Origin: a virus
Lineage: Duplodnaviria > Caudoviricetes
Strand: one strand, 5' to 3'
Virus record (IMG/VR): IMGVR_UViG_3300044216_000066
Coordinates: 1 to 27,415 of that record
DNA length: 27,415 nucleotides
In this document: positions 25,798-27,415 of the stretch, piece by piece
Position numbering within the stretch: position 1 is the stretch's first letter
Layout of the letters: each line of letters opens with the position of its first letter
Notes under the pieces: model-generated
Seen by the model: only the letters and a program-made list of their open reading frames with translations
Database searches by the model: none
What the model was told of the DNA's origin: nothing
Position numbers and translations under genes: made by a program

Positions 25798-26468
25798 TAG
25801 ATGTATTGCCTTTTAGGAACTATTTTCAGTGGTGACCTATCTTCGTCATACTTAATAGCATTTAATAAATCTTGTTCATATTGTTGTTTAAGTATAGGTA
25901 ACTTTTGTGTGTTCTTTTTTAAACATAAGTAATAAGCTAACCCAGAAGTTAAACAAGGTAAAAATCTATTAGGAACATCTATATCTTGGTCTGAAGCGTC
26001 TATATCTTCGATAGTTCTCCATACATAGTAAACCAGTTTGTCGGTTGAGTTCTCTGGTGTTGGATAAAGGTGTATTTTTGGTGTTGTTAGCCTTTCTAAC
26101 CAGTATTGAGTAGGTCTAGCTTCAGTCAATTTATTAGGTATACCCACATATTCATTTCTATCCATTCTACTTAAACTATGGTCTGTTATAACATTATTAA
26201 CCGTTCTTTCGATATATGCGTCTAAGATATCTATGTCAAAAGAATTAATATTATATTCATTAGTGCCTTTAGTTAGTGTTAATTCAACTTTAGCAACTTC
26301 CCACATCTGTATGCCTCTGTTATTCCAGTCAGCAAACATAATGTTTAGAGAACGTCTGGCAGTTACTGCATCATAAGACGTACGAGCTTCCAAACCTGCA
26401 AGTTCGTACGCCTCTTCGATTGCGTTAGCTACATTAACTGAAAAAGTTCTTGTACCTGACGTAGCCAT
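25797..26468 (-). CDS. head-tail adaptor/connector-like virion protein
   Basis: IEEAYELAG..ARRSLNIMFADWNNRG..RPTQYW..LYPTP..CLTSGLAYYL. The layout resembles 24791-25456. Confidence 0.6.
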   Translation of the reverse strand: MATSGTRTFSVNVANAIEEAYELAGLEARTSYDAVTARRSLNIMFADWNNRGIQMWEVAKVELTLTKGTNEYNINSFDIDILDAYIERTVNNVITDHSLSRMDRNEYVGIPNKLTEARPTQYWLERLTTPKIHLYPTPENSTDKLVYYVWRTIEDIDASDQDIDVPNRFLPCLTSGLAYYLCLKKNTQKLPILKQQYEQDLLNAIKYDEDRSPLKIVPKRQYI

Positions 26469-26469
26469 A

Positions 26470-26796
26470 TTAGTTATAGTATGCTACAAAAAAGTCACAA
26501 TTAGCCAATACAACATATGCACCAGTTCCAAACTTCACACCGTCATTCGGTATGTAATGGTCGAAACTCTCATTAGCTGCTGAACCAAATTTAAAATGTA
26601 TTAACAGTTTAGTGCCTGAAGCACCAGTGCCGTCATAGATTTTAATTTCACCATCAGCTGCACTAGATTGTGCTTGTATCGATTGGATTCTAATAGGTCC
26701 TAGATTAGTTGCAGTGCCTGCACCACTACCAATAAAACCTTGAAGTTGTCCAGTTGCAGTCAAAGCCTTAGACGCTTTTACATCTGATGAACTCAT
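26470..26796 (-). CDS. small beta-rich virion protein
   Basis: GGAGG RBS and IKIYDG..IPNDGVKFGTGAYV. It lies in the head gene region. Confidence 0.6.
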   Translation of the reverse strand: MSSSDVKASKALTATGQLQGFIGSGAGTATNLGPIRIQSIQAQSSAADGEIKIYDGTGASGTKLLIHFKFGSAANESFDHYIPNDGVKFGTGAYVVLANCDFFVAYYN

Positions 26797-26808
26797 CGTG
26801 ACCTCCTA

Positions 26809-27315
26809 TTATGCGTCAGCAAATGGTGTAACTATAGTGCCTGAGCCTAAAATTATGCCTTCTACTGCGTATTTTGCTGATGCTATAGCGGTTACTTTAA
26901 CGATACTACCCGCAAGACCACCTTTAGTAGAACCATTCATAGTGATGACATCATTAGATGCACCAGAAATAAATGTTTTACCTGTAGAGTCATCTTTACC
27001 AGTATAAAGTCCACCGACAAACTTATCAGTGCCGTCTGTTAAAATATCCATATCTGTAGCTGCAGTTTCTACTACAAAGAAGAAAGAAGCACCTAAATTA
27101 TTTAATTGATTTGGGTCGCTATTATCTCCAGGGTCAGTAGCAACAATACTTGGTAAAGTAAATTTACCATCAGCGTCATTACATGTTAATATTTTACCTG
27201 CGTGTGACTCAACCGATAAAGTAGTATCTGCTGTTAAACTAACAACTACTGCATTACCTGCTGAAATAAATCCCGCCAAAGATTTTACGGGACCTGAGAA
27301 TGTACTCTTTGCCAT
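26809..27315 (-). CDS. probable head decoration / head fibre protein
   Basis: AAGGAG RBS. The N-terminal STFSGPV motif is one I associate with genes that follow the major capsid gene. Beta-rich, Gly/Thr/Ala-rich. Confidence 0.6.
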   Translation of the reverse strand: MAKSTFSGPVKSLAGFISAGNAVVVSLTADTTLSVESHAGKILTCNDADGKFTLPSIVATDPGDNSDPNQLNNLGASFFFVVETAATDMDILTDGTDKFVGGLYTGKDDSTGKTFISGASNDVITMNGSTKGGLAGSIVKVTAIASAKYAVEGIILGSGTIVTPFADA

Positions 27316-27332
27316 ATTAAGTCTCCTTAATA

Positions 27333-27389
27333 AATCTACCGTCTTGGCTTGTCTGCTAGGTCAGTCGATAGATTGTTAATATTACCTAG
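27333..27389 (-). ncRNA. candidate pseudoknotted cis-regulatory leader RNA
   Basis: A 9-bp stem (27374-27366 with 27341-27333, one G-U) is crossed by a 6-bp pairing of CUAGGU (27389-27384) with ACCUAG (27361-27356). It ends 4 nt before the RBS. Confidence 0.5.
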
Positions 27390-27415
27390 AATGTCTTCAT
27401 TCTATATTATCTTCC

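Noticed and set aside
2082-27007. Plus-strand ORFs in the track (e.g. 2082-2291, 3338-3781, 7024-7356, 16181-16612, 23617-24021) and the minus-strand ORF 22475-22696
   Set aside because: They lie antisense to, or nested in, well-supported coupled genes and show no recognisable motifs, so they are shadow ORFs.
27350-27370. Hammerhead ribozyme (CUGA present on minus strand)
   Set aside because: The CUGANGA and GAAA core elements are missing.
1-27415. CRISPR array, tRNA, integrase/IS, intron/intein, or stop-codon reassignment
   Set aside because: I saw no repeat-spacer pattern, cloverleaf or recombinase motifs. Standard-code ORFs tile the window almost completely.

Overview
AT-rich fragment of a tailed dsDNA bacteriophage genome. 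The gene set is podovirus-like and resembles uncultured marine phages; the host cannot be read from the sequence. A SNF2-type helicase on the + strand (89-1531) meets a ~25.8 kb, tightly packed, translationally coupled late module on the - strand, with overlapping stop codons. Read right to left, that module encodes probable head-decoration and adaptor proteins, a 22-aa-repeat fibre-like protein, a tail fibre, small membrane proteins, a tail-tube/stabilisation protein, a T4-type lysozyme, six very small Lys/Arg-rich proteins, an SNase nuclease and six probable internal/ejection proteins. The most notable element is a ~5 kb cassette inside this late module (10179-15236): holin-like ORF, csgF, csgG, a curlin-like secreted beta-repeat protein, a FecR-domain protein that itself ends in a curlin-like repeat, and a CHASE2/3TM class III adenylate cyclase. 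I infer a phage-encoded trans-envelope signalling system that links a curli pore to cAMP. Phage csgF/csgG have, as I recall, been reported in marine myophages; the link to FecR and a cyclase is the part worth testing. Other candidates: a pseudoknotted leader RNA at the right end, a recurrent hydrophobic-x-x-GG motif in internal proteins, and a beta-strand motif shared by three virion proteins. All family assignments are from motif recognition by eye; no searches were run.
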